The translations under genes and the position numbers were made by a program. The notes below the pieces were generated by a model. That model was not told the origin of the DNA. It ran no database searches and saw only the letters and a program-made list of their open reading frames with translations. A DNA stretch of 62,660 nucleotides, filler included, from Reclinomonas americana ATCC 50394 (lineage: Eukaryota): assembly GCA_048213135.1 (NCBI GenBank). It is 5 parts of 2 records of this genome, joined end to end, with 100 filler letters (N's around TTAATTAATTAA, not from the genome) between each part and the next. Parts side by side here need not be neighbours in the genome. Positions count along the whole stretch, not along the records: positions 18,543 to 29,552 come from PS015066.1; positions 29,653 to 39,212 come from PS015066.1; 3 more parts are not named here. One strand, 5' to 3'. Below, piece by piece: positions 23,657 through 36,382 of the stretch. Numbering within the stretch: the stretch's first letter is position 1; each line of letters starts with the position of its first letter.

Positions 23657-24003
23657 TTAAACCCCATTATAATATTAGAAACTTCACTGATCCATACACA
23701 ACAATGAGCATCTACCAGTGATCGCCAACAAGTCTCGTGTGCTTTCCTTCTACAACTAAAACTGTTTTAAGTGTGTTGTCGATGTTGAGAATAAAGCCCT
23801 ATTCAGGACACACGGCCTCCAGGCCAGGAAGAAGACGTCGTCAGCAGTGACCACCAGAAGACGTCCATCGCGGTAACTACGAAGAAGACAAAGAGAAATT
23901 GATCATATCAAGAAGAACAGTGGGGCAAGCATTGGGAAACTGTTACTTCTCTCAAACCACACCACCATGATCAAAAAGAAGCCGGCGGGTGGGAAGTTCC
24001 CAG

Positions 24004-24640
24004 TTAGCCAACCTTTCCTGATTTTTTCCACCACAACCATGGTACCATGGCCAGCTGGCAAGCTTGTTTCCAATCACACCACGTGGAGGTCGAGAACAAA
24101 CCGGCTTCTTCCACCGTCCCATGTGCGGATACGCGCAGGCCTGCCATTGCAAGCGCGTACACAGATGAGCACCTGTGAGTAGCTGCCTTGCAATCGATGA
24201 TCCAATCTACCGTGCAATTGCAATGAGTTTGTGTCGCACCCAACACACCTTCACCACTCACCATGAACCGGCGCGTTCCGATCCACTCTGATCCGCGCTG
24301 CCGATCACGCAGCGACCGCGCCAGATCCCAGTCGATCAGTGTCGCCACCTCGTGTCGACTGTACATGATGTTGCAATTGGCCGGCTTCACATCCAAGTGT
24401 GCCCACCCATTGGTGTGCGGATGGTGCAGCGCCGTCGCCACATCGCGCACCACGATCCGCAGATCCTCGATGGTGTACACGTGATCGTTCGGCAGCAGCT
24501 GCAACCACAAGTCCGCTTCGTCCACACGAATCGGTGTCGGCAGCCGCAGTTGCACGGCCGGCGACGCTGTGCGTCGCAGCTCTTCCAGCACACGCATCTC
24601 AGGTATGACACCAACTCCAAAACATCAACATAAACACCAG
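24004..24640 (-). pseudogene. Degenerate protein kinase fragment
   Basis: ALHHPH..GWAHLDVKPAN, LIDWDLA and WIGTRRFM motifs. There is an extra CN in the catalytic loop, and no recognisable N-lobe or C-terminal subdomains. Confidence 0.6.
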
Positions 24641-24868
24641 TCTTGACGGCTGTGATAGACTTTCCTGTGCGCATGTTCGCTCTCGCACATCACCCTTGCT
24701 CTGCCTATCGACCTCCTCCCTTCCGACTGCTTCTCCCCACATCCTTCTCTCTGTTGAAGTTGCACAATCATAAAGGCAAAGAATCTTCTACTTGCATCAT
24801 AAATATCTCGCTCTTCTCTCCTTCTTCTCTCTGTCTGTCTCTCGGTAAATTACTGGACTTCGCCTTCG

Positions 24869-27800
24869 TTACGTCGCACTGTCAATGCCAATGCGCTCCA
24901 CTGGCCCACGACCGACCTTGCCGCGCACTGGCGCCGTTGGTGTGACCGTCGCCGCCGGTCCCGCACTTGCCGGTTGTGAGACTGCTGTTGGCCCTGGTGC
25001 TGCAGTGGCGGTGCGACGAGGCCGTGTGGCGGAAAACGCGCTGTCGGGCACGTGCGATTCGCGGTTGTCGGCCGGCTGCTGTGGTGGTGGTGCTGCGGCC
25101 GGTGGTGGTGGAGGGGGCGCACGTGGTGGCGTCCCGCGAGCTGGCTGCGGTTCGGCACCTTCCTCCGGCGCAGACTGCCACCGCACACGACGCGGGGACG
25201 ACTCGCGGTTCGCGAGACTACCAGTGTTNNNNNNNNNNNNNNNNNNNNNNNNNNNNNNNNNNNNNNNNNNNNNNNNNNNNNNNNNNNNNNNNNNNNNNNN
25301 NNNNNNNNNNNNNNNNNNNNNNNNNNNNNNNNNNNNNNNNNNNNNNNNNNNNNNNNNNNNNNNNNNNNNNNNNNNNNNNNNNNNNNNNNNNNNNNNNNNN
25401 NNNNNNNNNNNNNNNNNNNNNNNNNNNNNNNNNNNNNNNNNNNNNNNNNNNNNNNNNNNNNNNNNNNNNNNNNNNNNNNNNNNNNNNNNNNNNNNNNNNN
25501 NNNNNNNNNNNNNNNNNNNNNNNNNNNNNNNNNNNNNNNNNNNNNNNNNNNNNNNNNNNNNNNNNNNNNNNNNNNNNNNNNNNNNNNNNNNNNNNNNNNN
25601 NNNNNNNNNNNNNNNNNNNNNNNNNNNNNNNNNNNNNNNNNNNNNNNNNNNNNNNNNNNNNNNNNNNNNNNNNNNNNNNNNNNNNNNNNNNNNNNNNNNN
25701 NNNNNNNNGTGCCGCTCGCGCTCGGTGCCGGCAGTGGCGGAGGTGCGAGCATGGAGAGGGCGGCGTCGGCGCCGCGCTCGCGCGTCCAATCAACTCCCAT
25801 GACCGCGTCCACGGCGCCGCGGTCGCTGACGCCCACCATGAGCGCCAATGACGGGCGTGGTCGGCTTGGTGGTGGCGGTAATGGTGGTGGAGTTGGCGGC
25901 GGCGGTAGTAGCACCGGAGCGCCGCGTGTGATCCTCGACCCCACCACATTCTACAGCACGCCGAAACGCTCGCCGTCGCCCACCGTCGGTGGCGTGCCCA
26001 CAGCGCAGCCGGCACTGCAGCTGCCCATGAGCAGCCTCATGCCGCTGTTCAGCTCCAGCAGCCCGGCGATGCCCGACATTGATCCGATGACGGCGGCCGC
26101 CGACAGGCGACCGATGCCGCCATCGGTGCTCGTCTCCNNNNNNNNNNNNNNNNNNNNGGCACCAGCGACCGCTGAGCCGTCTGAGTGTCGCAGCAGGGGA
26201 CGAGGAGAGGGAGCGCGCACGGGCTCCGAGAGGGGCATGTGGTGCGTGCTGTGTGTGGGGGTGAGAAGTAAGTCAACAAGAGGAAGAGAGAGAAATGAAG
26301 GGGAGTTGCAGGGATAAAATGCAGGCAACAAGAGAAGACAGTAGCGAGAACATGCGAGTCTGCGGAGAGACAGAGAAGACCACAAGAGAGATAAGAACGA
26401 GAGCGTGCGAGGTCACGGGGATACCGTGTAGGTGGAATAAGAGAGAGAGAAAAAAGGAAGAGAGAGCGAGAGTGTAAGGGAGCGCGCATGTGACAAAAAA
26501 GAAGAGAGAAGAACGAAAACAAGAGTTTCGAAACAGCGCTTTAACATGCATGAGATGAAGCAAAGAGAGAGAGAGAGAAGAAAGTCACAGGATAACCTAC
26601 AGACGACGCAAACGAGAGACAGCGCTAGATGGCGGGGGAATCGTGCACGTGACAAGAAAGCAAGCGAAACGAGAGCTCTCGAAATTGCAGGTCGAGATCC
26701 GTGCAGTGTGGTGACAATACGCAACGCAGACTGCGGGCTCAGCGGTCGCGAGCGTGACGGCGACTTGGTGGGCGCGTGATAGCGCCCCGCAATGAAACCG
26801 CGCGCGGCGGCAAAACCAGTACCGGTGCCTTGCGCGGTGACCGTGTCCTGATTGCGGAAGAGGAGCAGCAGCTTGATGTGTGGTGGCAGCGCAGGTTTGC
26901 GGCGCGCCTTGTCGCCGCCGTTGGCGTTGGTGCCGATTGCAGCCTTCTCCACTGCGCATATTGTAAGGAAGAGGTCAACGTCAACCGAGGATGCTGCGTG
27001 CAGGAGCGAAACAAACAAACCAGCACTCAGAACACCGGCAATCTCCTTGGCACGTTGGTACACAATTTCGGAGCCCATTGGCGCTCTGGCCACGTCCAGC
27101 AGCACGCGGCGCAACTGAAGCTGCATCAGCGCACTCGAGTATGCCGCCACAACTGTCGAGCGCACGCAGTCAGCCAAAAGACGAGATGTGGCACGTCACT
27201 CGCACACGAAACTTCGAGGTGACAGCACGGCGCGAAGCAGATCAAGGACGCCGACGGTGGACGCCAGCAGATCACCGTGTTCGCCATGGTTGACGAACTC
27301 GACCACGGCACCCAAATACATGCCGCCCAGTTCCAAGCCCTCGGAACGCACAAACTCCTCCTGATGCTCGAAATCGTCTGCAGCCAACAAACATCCAGTG
27401 AGTACGTAATGCTCTCACCACGTCATAGTCGCCACTCACTCACTCACCCTGCACGAGCATCAGCAGCATGTTGGTCAACATCCAGATCTTGTCGTCGATC
27501 GGCTCCGGCGTCACGGTGGCGCCCGTCACCAAATCGGCCCACATGTACAGCAGCGTCGTCACAGCACCGCACGGATGAAGTGCGATGCGACTGTCGGCCG
27601 ATCCTGTGCAGCAAGCGAGAGAAGATGAGAGGAAGACGCGATGAGAGGAGGAAGGAATCAGGGAGGAAACTCACCAGCACACGCTGCCAGCAGCGCTTGG
27701 AGCGCCACGCGCGCCAGCGAAACGTGACCAGTGTTCACTGGTCTCAACACACGCACCAGCAACGGAAGGCCGTTGAGCTGACGCACCAGGGTTTGATTTT

Positions 27801-29380
27801 CCGCGTGACCTGCGGGAGACCAAAGAAGTGAGATGGAGGCTGAGACCACGTAGACGATTTCAATGCAGAGACATGATAATGAAAACTACAAACCCTTCCG
27901 CTCTTTCTCTCCCTATGTCCTTCTCTTCCCACAAACACATAAAAAGCAGAGGCACGAATGAAGAAGACTCTACCAGAACACTAAAGAATCCTTCCGCTTT
28001 TTCTCTCACAAACAAGGAAGCAACAGCATGACAGATGTACAAAGAAGGCCGTATCTCACCAAATTCATCTCCTCTCTCACTCCCTCTTTCGAGCAGAGGC
28101 ACACACTACGCGCGGGTATTCACGCTACTTCTCACCGATACAACACCACCTCTTTCCCTTTTCTGCCTACCACTCTATGAAACCGACAAGAAAACGCTGT
28201 AGCCGTTTCTTTGTCACGCACACGTTGATAAGTAATTTGCACAGACCGCGCTTCTCATTCAACTGCCTTCTCATCCTCCCAAACACACCACAGTGCGGCG
28301 CCATCATCCTCCTATACCGAACCAGTATCTCCCTCTCTCATCTCACCCTGAGAAGGCAATACACGCGGCCTCTCTTCGATCCTCCTCTCCACAACTAATG
28401 GCAACCACGCACTAGAAGCTGTACACTCGTCCTGTTCTCACCGGAGTTCTCCCACACACAAGGCAAGCAATGACACACACACACACTCTTCCGACAGCTG
28501 CGGCGTCCTCGCCTTCTGCCCCGATATTCTCCGAGACGAGGCACAGAAACTACCCACACTCTCTCCCTCTCGCAACACACACACACACACACATACACAC
28601 ACTTTCTCTCACACGTTCTCTTTCCCTTTATCCCCCTCCCTCGCCCCTTTGCCCCTTTCCCTTTATCCCCTTCCCCCCTTGCCACTCACCCGTGGTGCAC
28701 GCCGCCAACAACAAACACGCCGCCTCGGTCTCCCACCTCGGCTGCAGCGGGGGGCGCGACACAGACGACGACCCATGCCCACCGATTCCATTAACGCCCG
28801 CATTGGTGGGCGTCGGCACCGACACGGACGACGTCGACGAATCCGCCGGCGAGTCCGGCCCTCCCGCTCCCCCTCCCGCTCCGGCCGTTCCCGCCGCCGA
28901 GATCACCGACGGCAGGTACTCCATCTGCGTCAGCTGCGCAATGCACCACTGCACGCCGCCGACTCGCGCAAAATGTGTCTGGTTGGCGGTGCACGACGAA
29001 CCGGACATGGCCATCAGCAAACAGTCAGCCGCCTGCTGCCGCAACTGCCGCGCCAACACATCCGAGTCGTACACCGCCAGCATCGCCAGCAGCACCTCCA
29101 TGATGCCCAACTCGCGCACCACATCCCGCATCGACGGCTCTGTCAAACAAACACAAAACAATGAGCGCGCGCGCAAAACACCCAAGCATTGCATCAGAAA
29201 CGCGCGTAACTTCGCTCCAGCGCCACCTGCACCAGCGTCAACACCTCCGTGGCCACTTCCGCATCCGGCACATCGCGCAGCAAGTCACACGCCACCGAAA
29301 ACCACCCGCTCGCCATCAGCAAATCATCCGCAGTCACCGACTGCTGGCCTGTATCCGCAAATGATACACCACACAATCAA
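24869..29380 (-). CDS. Large armadillo-repeat protein with disordered C-terminus (5' end missing, gaps)
   Basis: ARM-like segments MRDVVRELGIMEVLLAML, ANQTHFARVGGVQWCIAQL and ENQTLVRQLNGLPLLVRVL; multi-exon. Confidence 0.6.
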
Positions 29381-29552
29381 TCAAGTGATACAGCAAACCG
29401 CAGCACGAAAGACATAAGAAAAGCAATGAAAGAGCGTGTGTATGGGAGGGAGAGAGGAGAGAGAGAGAGAGAGGGTGCGCGCGTGTGTGTGTGTGTGAGA
29501 GAGTGCGTGTGCATATATCGCGCGTACAGCGGACGGAATTGCGACTCGCAAA

Positions 29553-29652
29553 NNNNNNNNNNNNNNNNNNNNNNNNNNNNNNNNNNNNNNNNNNNNTTAA
29601 TTAATTAANNNNNNNNNNNNNNNNNNNNNNNNNNNNNNNNNNNNNNNNNNNN
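29553..29652. other. Artificial contig linker
   Basis: 44N-TTAATTAATTAA-44N. Confidence 0.95.
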
Positions 29653-30600
29653 GATCGCTCATCCGTGACGACAAAGTTCGCCACATTGTAGTTCTCCTTG
29701 CGCGCGTACCGCACCCACGCCACGCCATCGCTGCGCAAGACACAAAAAAGAAAACGCCATGTCAGTTGTCTGGAATCATGAGCATGAGAGATGGTGAGGG
29801 GCTTCGGACAAACCTCGGGCGACGCCCTGCGGCGCGTGGCTTGCCATCCTCCAGCACATACACCTCCACATGCGACGGCAACGTGCTGCACACAATCGTG
29901 TCAGTTGACCATGTGCGCGCACATATCAAGACCACATCGAAAAGCACACAATACCTGTTGCGACGAATGACGGTGCCATTGGGGGAGGTGGGCGAGAGCG
30001 GAGGCGCCGAGACCGCCGCGTGTGCCATCAACAGCGACGACACCATCGAGCAGGACGATGACAGGGCTGGCGCTGTCACCATGGTGCTCAGAGGCACCGC
30101 AAAGTGCGACGCCGAGCTCGTGCACCGCCGCTTATTGGCCCTCTCGCGATACTCATCCTCGTCCTCATCGTCCTCATCGTCGTCGTCGTCCTCGTCGTCC
30201 TCGTCATTGTCGGTGTGCACAAAGGCGCCGTCGTCGTCGTCGTCTTCCGCGTCCGTGTTGTCATTATCGCGCGAGTCGTTCTCGTCGTCGGCGTCGTCGT
30301 CGCCGCCACTGCCTGCGCCCAGGTCCAGCGCACGCAGGCGAGCAACCGAGGCTGCGGCTGCTGCGCGACGCGCGCGCAGAGGAGGCTGTTGTTGTTGATC
30401 AGTGGTGGTGGTGGTGACAGGAGCAATCAGCTCGCTGTGCAGTCGTTTCCTGCTGGTGGGAGTTGTGACGGTGCTGTCGTCGACCACCAGTGGAGGCAGA
30501 GGCGGAATGTTGGCAAAGATGGTGCTCCACTGCGCGCCTGCTGGCGTTGTTGGGGTTGTGGTTGTTGTTGTCTCCTCGGTGCGCTGCTGTTTTGTGTGGA
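29653..30600 (-). CDS. Hypothetical protein with acidic tract and basic NLS-like motifs (3' truncated)
   Basis: Coding-like exon with RKRLH, poly-D/E and ANKRRC, then exons STLPSHVEVYVLEDG and SDGVAWVRYARKENY. Confidence 0.5.
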
Positions 30601-31015
30601 GAGAGAGGTGAGAAGCGATCGCGAGACACAGGCGATCATGACAGCGCACACACACACACCTGCAGAGCCAACATGATCGTTGCGTTTAAAAAAAGAGTAC
30701 TGCGGACACTGCGTTGGTTGGCGCGAGGGTTGATCTGTGCTCCGGACTCTCGCAAGAAACAAAGACGCGCTGCAAAAGGCGATCGCCTCCCGAAAAAGAT
30801 CTGCTGAGCGGCTCTCTTGTTTTTTCGGACAAGACAGAAAACAAAGCGGCGCTCGATCTCACGAGATGCGCTCACTCTTGCTGTGCGTGTGTGTTGTCTT
30901 GTCTGTGCGTGCTGACGCGTGCAAAAGATCAACAACTGGTGAAATGTTGGTCCGGGCGTTTGGTCGTACAACTCACGACAAGAGACAACTCACAAGACCA
31001 ATTGTATTTGCCATT

Positions 31016-31507
31016 TCAGCGGCGACCGTGCCGGTTCCCGCCTCTTCCACCACCACCACCGCCTCTTCCGCGACCGCCTCCACGACCGCGACCACCGCCA
31101 CGACCGCGACCACCGCCACGACCACGGCTGCCACCGCCACCACCACGACTGCCACTGCCACCTGCATGTCGCGCACGCTTGCGAGCCGGTCGCCCATCGT
31201 CGGCTCCGTCCTCGTCGTCGGACCACAACTGCCGCATGATGAAGATTTTGAGTGCAAATGCAAGAGTGCGACTTGTCTCTCATGACTGCACGCAACATTG
31301 CTTTCCTCGCCCGCCTCCTCCAGCATCTCGGCAAAGTCGTCGGCCGACGCAAACGTGGAGTCCGGAAGAACCACACCGCTGCGTTCGCGCTCGCGTCTCC
31401 TCCTCTTGCGCTCCTTGTATGTCAGCTTCTCGTCGTCTGCATCCTCGTCGTCTTCATCCTCCTCATCGTCCTCATCGTCCGCCTCCTTGCGTAACCTCTT
31501 CTTCGAC
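31016..31507 (-). CDS. C-terminal fragment of a Mak21/Noc1/CEBPZ-like ribosome biogenesis protein with RGG tail
   Basis: Acidic tract then STFASADDFAEMLEE (cf. yeast Mak21 FASADDY), followed by RGG repeats. The rest of the gene is absent beyond the gap. Confidence 0.55.
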
Positions 31508-31665
31508 NNNNNNNNNNNNNNNNNNNNAGGCACTGGTGAGTGTGTGTTGTCTCTCTCGTTGTTGTGTCGTGATGTGCATCATCATTAGATCGGACATGTC
31601 ACCTACGTTTCGCCCCCCCGTTGTTTGCTCACACCGCCCCGCTCCTCTCTCTTTGTGCACACACA

Positions 31666-32961
31666 GCCATGCGCGTGGCGAAACTGCGTGGACTGAAGAA
31701 GCACAACTATGCCATTTTGAGCTACACTGTTGCGTCTTGTTGTTGTGCGAGAGCCGTTTCGCATAGTTTTTCCGGTCAACTCACGCGCACGCACACACAC
31801 AGGCCTTCCGCGATGAGAACGACTATGTCACCGTGTACTGGCCATCGCTGACATCGGGCAAGAACAAGGTGTGTGTGTTTGCGCATGTCTTTTCTCGCCC
31901 CTTGTCGCAATGTCTGATTTCCGGCGCGGCGACAACAGGGCTCTGGTTTCATCGAGTTGGAACTCGAGTCTGGCGATCGCTTCCCGCTGCACATTGAGAT
32001 GAAGGGCAACCGGTCCACTGGCACGCGCGTGGTGGAACAGGAGATCATCGGTGGCGAGTTCCTCGCGCTGACGGTCCACCCGCAGACCACACAGACGGAC
32101 GTGGTGGCCGAGACGCCGCGCAAGATCAAGATCATGCCGCCCGCATTGAGCAGCAACCACACTTCCTCCTCCACCACCACCACCACCACCAACTCGTCAA
32201 TGTCGCTGCCGTTTACACTTGGCGCGGCATCGCCTGCACGCCGCAAGACGCCACCAGTGTCGCCTCTGGCCTCCAAGTTGTTCCCGGCGGGATCATCGGC
32301 GGTGGCCGGCACGGCTGCTGCTGCCGCCGCGGCTGCTGTAGCGGCAGCCATGGCCTCCTCCTCCTCCTCCTCGTCTGTGGTGTCGCCGGGAGCGTCCACT
32401 CCAGGCGACTCGTCGCCGATGGCGGTGCTGATGGGNNNNNNNNNNNNNNNNNNNNNNNNNNNNNNNNNNNNNNNNNNNNNNNNNNNNNNNNNNNNNNNNN
32501 NNNNNNNNNNNNNNNNNNNNNNNNNNNNNNNNNNNNNNNNNNNNNNNNNNNNNNNNNNNCCGCTCGTCGTCGCGCACTGGTTCATCGCTGCAATCACCGT
32601 CGTCGCACCCGCCCGCCTCGCCGGCACGGCGGAAGGCCTTGTCGCCCAACTCGAAGCGCTCGCAGAACGGCACGGCACGGCTGACGGTCGTCACGCCGAT
32701 GATGGGTGCGGCGGCTGCCGCTGCGGCTGCGGCTGCGGCTGCAACTGCAGCATCGCTGTCGCCGAACCGTCATGGCTCGGCGTACCGGACACCGGATGCG
32801 GTGGAGCTGATGGAGCCGTGCTCGTCGCCACCGGCGCAGCCGGTGCACACGACGTCGTCGCACATTCCGCCTCTGCTCCTCAATGGTGCCAGCAGCTCGT
32901 CAGGCGACGACACCTCCTCGTGCCACTCGACGGCCAGCGAGCACATGCTGCTCAAGTTTGA
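31666..32961 (+). CDS. Hypothetical protein fragment (globular segment plus Ser/Ala/Pro low complexity)
   Basis: In-frame splicing gives MRVAKLRGLKKHNYAILSYT|AFRDENDYVTVYWPSLTSGKNK|GSGFIELELESGDRF... Confidence 0.5.
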
Positions 32962-33381
32962 NNNNNNNNNNNNNNNNNNNNNNNNNNNNNNNNNNNNNNN
33001 NNNNNNNNNNNNNNNNNNNNNNNNNNNNNNNNNNNNNNNNNNNNNNNNNNNNNNNNNNNNNNNNNNNNNNNNNNNNNNNNNNNNNNNNNNNNNNNNNNNN
33101 NNNNNNNNNNNNNNNNNNNNNNNNNNNNNNNNNNNNNNNNNNNNNNNNNNNNNNNNNNNNNNNCGAGGTTTCGTCGCGCTCGTATAGGAGAGCACCAAAA
33201 TCGACGAAACCACCACCAAACAGCGCGCGCGCGCGCGATCTTCTCGAGAAATCGAGACAAAAATGGCCTGGTTAAAAACAGGCAGGCCAACAAAAAAGAA
33301 AGACGAACAGAACAAACAAAGCAAAACATCCCAACAAACAACACCGAAAGAATCCTTCTTTTTCTCTCTCCTCTCGCCCAG

Positions 33382-33769
33382 TTACCAGCGAGACGCCTTG
33401 CCGTGACGCGGCACCACGTCCACCGACAAGGCATCCGAGGTCAACTGCACCGTGGCGTCGCCCGGTGTGGCCACGAGCGCCGCCAGGTACACCGAGGTGC
33501 GAGCACCGGGGCGCAGTCCGCGGACGCACACCTGGAACTCCTCGAGGAACGTCTGCACGCGAATGTGGCAGTCGCCAAACTCCAGCACGCCACCCTGGCT
33601 GGCACACGCTCGCAGCTCCTGCACGTGCTCCCATCGCACCGTGTCGGGTGACTGGTTGAACGCCCACTGGCGGAAGCACAGCGTCGTCCACTCGCCATCC
33701 TCGATATTGACGCCCAGGCCGGCCGAGGCGCGGCGGTTCTGGTTCCTCTCCGAGATCAGCGACGCGCTG
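33382..33769 (-). CDS. C-terminal exon of an unidentified protein
   Basis: GC3-rich ~128-codon frame ending RHGKASRW*, bounded by a gap. Confidence 0.45.
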
Positions 33770-34336
33770 NNNNNNNNNNNNNNNNNNNNCCTTGCATGCC
33801 TGCCGTGCAAATTTTGTTTCAGTTTTGATTTTTTGCGTTGTTTTGCTTGTACCACCACCACCACCTCCAACACCAGCACTTGTTTTTGCCTGAGAAAGTT
33901 TTGCCGCAGTCTTGGTTGTTTTTCCCCTCTCTCCTTCCTTTTTTAACACCTCGAGCCGATCATGGACCTGATTCGCTCGTCGTGTGGCACCTCGGGGGAA
34001 TGCCTTCCGCTGTCTTACACAGTGGCCTCGCTTCTGCGTGTGTGTGCGCGCGCGCCTACTTCACGTACACGTGTGTGTGTATGGAAGAGCGCGTGCTCGA
34101 CCCCGCGTCGCGTGTGCCCGCCGCCACCACCAATGTTAGATTGATAAGTAAACCCTCAAACACCCTATTGCCAAGTACAACAACGATGCTGCTGCAATGG
34201 GAGGGAGGGGGTAAAGAAGAAAGTAATGCTAGATGATGTTGTTGGTTACGCAGCAGCAGCAGCAAGGGTGTCCTTCACCAAGGTTGACTTCAAGTAGCTC
34301 ACGAGTAATGTGGACACTCTCTCCGCGAAAAACAAG

Positions 34337-36095
34337 TTACTCTTCGTCGACCTGGATGGCACCGCCCTCTGACACGTAGATGCCGTCGAGGAACTTGCGG
34401 ATATCCTTGTTCTTGACGAGGCAGCTCTGGTGCACCAATGCAGCAGACCGGGAAACCAGCTCCAGATCGTTGCCCTCAATGGTGATCTCGTTGCTGCGCG
34501 CGGGGGGGAGAGAGAGGGGCGATGAGCCATCCGCCAGACGAGCGCAAAACACACAGCCACGAGTGTGTGTGCACGCAACTTCTTGATCTCGGTAATGCTG
34601 ACGCCGTCGAGCATTCCCACGCGGCGGACAATGCGCTCACCCAAGAAGTTGCGGACCTCGAGAGTGGTCTCAGCATCCTCGGCCTTGGCGACGTTGATGG
34701 GGAAGTGAGCGTACACAGTCTTCATCTTGTATCGGTAGCCCTTGGTGACGCCGACAATCATGTTGCTGATGTGCGAGCAGATGGTGCGGAGGACGGCCAC
34801 CTGCTTGCGCTTGCCGTGCCAGATGTCCACCTTGATGTGGCGCTTGTCAACCATGCGCATGTCCACAGGTGCGTGCGAAAAGCTGCGCTTCAGTGTGCCG
34901 CGCGGGCCAGTGACCACAACGTCACGGCCAGTGAGCTTCACATCGACTGCATGCNNNNNNNNNNNNNNNNNNNNNNNNNNNNNNNNNNNNNNNNNNNNNN
35001 NNNNNNNNNNNNNNNNNNNNNNNNNNNNNNNNNNNNNNNNNNNNNNNNNNNNNNNNNNNNNNNNNNNNNNNNNNNNNNNNNNNNNNNNNNNNNNNNNNNN
35101 NNNNNNNNNNNNNNNNNNNNNNNNNNNNNNNNNNNNNNNNNNNNNNNNNNNNNNNNNNNNNNNNNNNNNNNNNNNNNNNNNNNNNNNNNNNNNNNNNNNN
35201 NNNNNNNNNNNNNNNNNNNNNNNNNNNNNNNNNNNNNNNNNNNNNNNNNNNNNNNNNNNNNNNNNNNNNNNNNNNNNNNNNNNNNNNNNNNNNNNNNNNN
35301 NNNNNNNNNNNNNNNNNNNNNNNNNNNNNNNNNNNNNNNNNNNNNNNNNNNNNNNNNNNNNNNNNNNNNNNNNNNNNNNNNNNNNNNNNNNNNNNNNNNN
35401 NNNNNNNNNNNNNNNNNNNNNNNNNNNNNNNNNNNNNNNNNNNNNNNNNNNNNNNNNNNNNNNNNNNNNNNNNNNNNNNNNNNNNNNNNNNNNNNNNNNN
35501 NNNNNNNNNNNNNNNNNNNNNNNNNNNNNNNNNNNNNNNNNNNNNNNNNNNNNNNNNNNNNNNNNNNNNNNNNNNNNNNNNNNNNNNNNNNNNNNNNNNN
35601 NNNNNNNNNNNNNNNNNNNNNNNNNNNNNNNNNNNNNNNNNNNNNNNNNNNNNNNNNNNNNNNNNNNNNNNNNNNNNNNNNNNNNNNNNNNNNNAACAGA
35701 AGCAAAAGGGAGGATAATCAGCATCAATGACAAAGAGTGCGAGGGGGAGAGTTGCCTGCTCTGCCTGTCGTGCTGTTGGTAATGATGAAGGAGAAGAAGA
35801 AGAGGAGAGCGTGCGTCTCTGTTCTCTCTCCCACCATGCCATGGTCTATTACAGGCGCACAGACCTCACTTTTCGGCTGCCCCTCTCACTGCTGGCATGA
35901 GGCCACAAGCACTCACTCCAACGCACACATGCAGGCACACTGCCTGACGCACAGGGCGCGCGTCGAGACATGCCGCTTCTCATCGCTCACTTCCCTCTCT
36001 CTGCGTCACGAGTCTCTCTCTCTCTCTCTTTTTTTCCACTTTCACTCACCGCCCTTGGGGATAGTCACCGAGTTGGTGGAGTAGATGTCCTTCAT
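34337..36095 (-). CDS. RPL9: 60S ribosomal protein L9 (uL6)
   Basis: Exon 1 [15 protein letters not shown] (36095-36050); then [32 protein letters not shown] and [16 protein letters not shown]. Confidence 0.97.
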
Positions 36096-36382
36096 CCCTG
36101 CACAGCCACACAGCGTGAGCAAGAGAGCGCTCACCATGCTGCACATGCACATGTCATGGCAACCCCACACACACACACGCTCACACACAGGAGCCCCTCG
36201 TCTCTCCATGCACACACGCTCTGTCACACACAGGCACAGGGGCACACACTGAGACTCGAAGGCGATTCAGGGCCATTCATTCACCTGCGCTGCGATTGGA
36301 AGTTTGTGTGTGAGTGGTCGGTCGGTCGGGCGGACGGCGAACACTTCGCAGGACATCTTGCAAATCTTGTCACCGCGCGAGA

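Noticed and set aside
34246-35842. Long ORFs spanning N gaps
   Set aside because: Their length is an artefact of reading through Ns.
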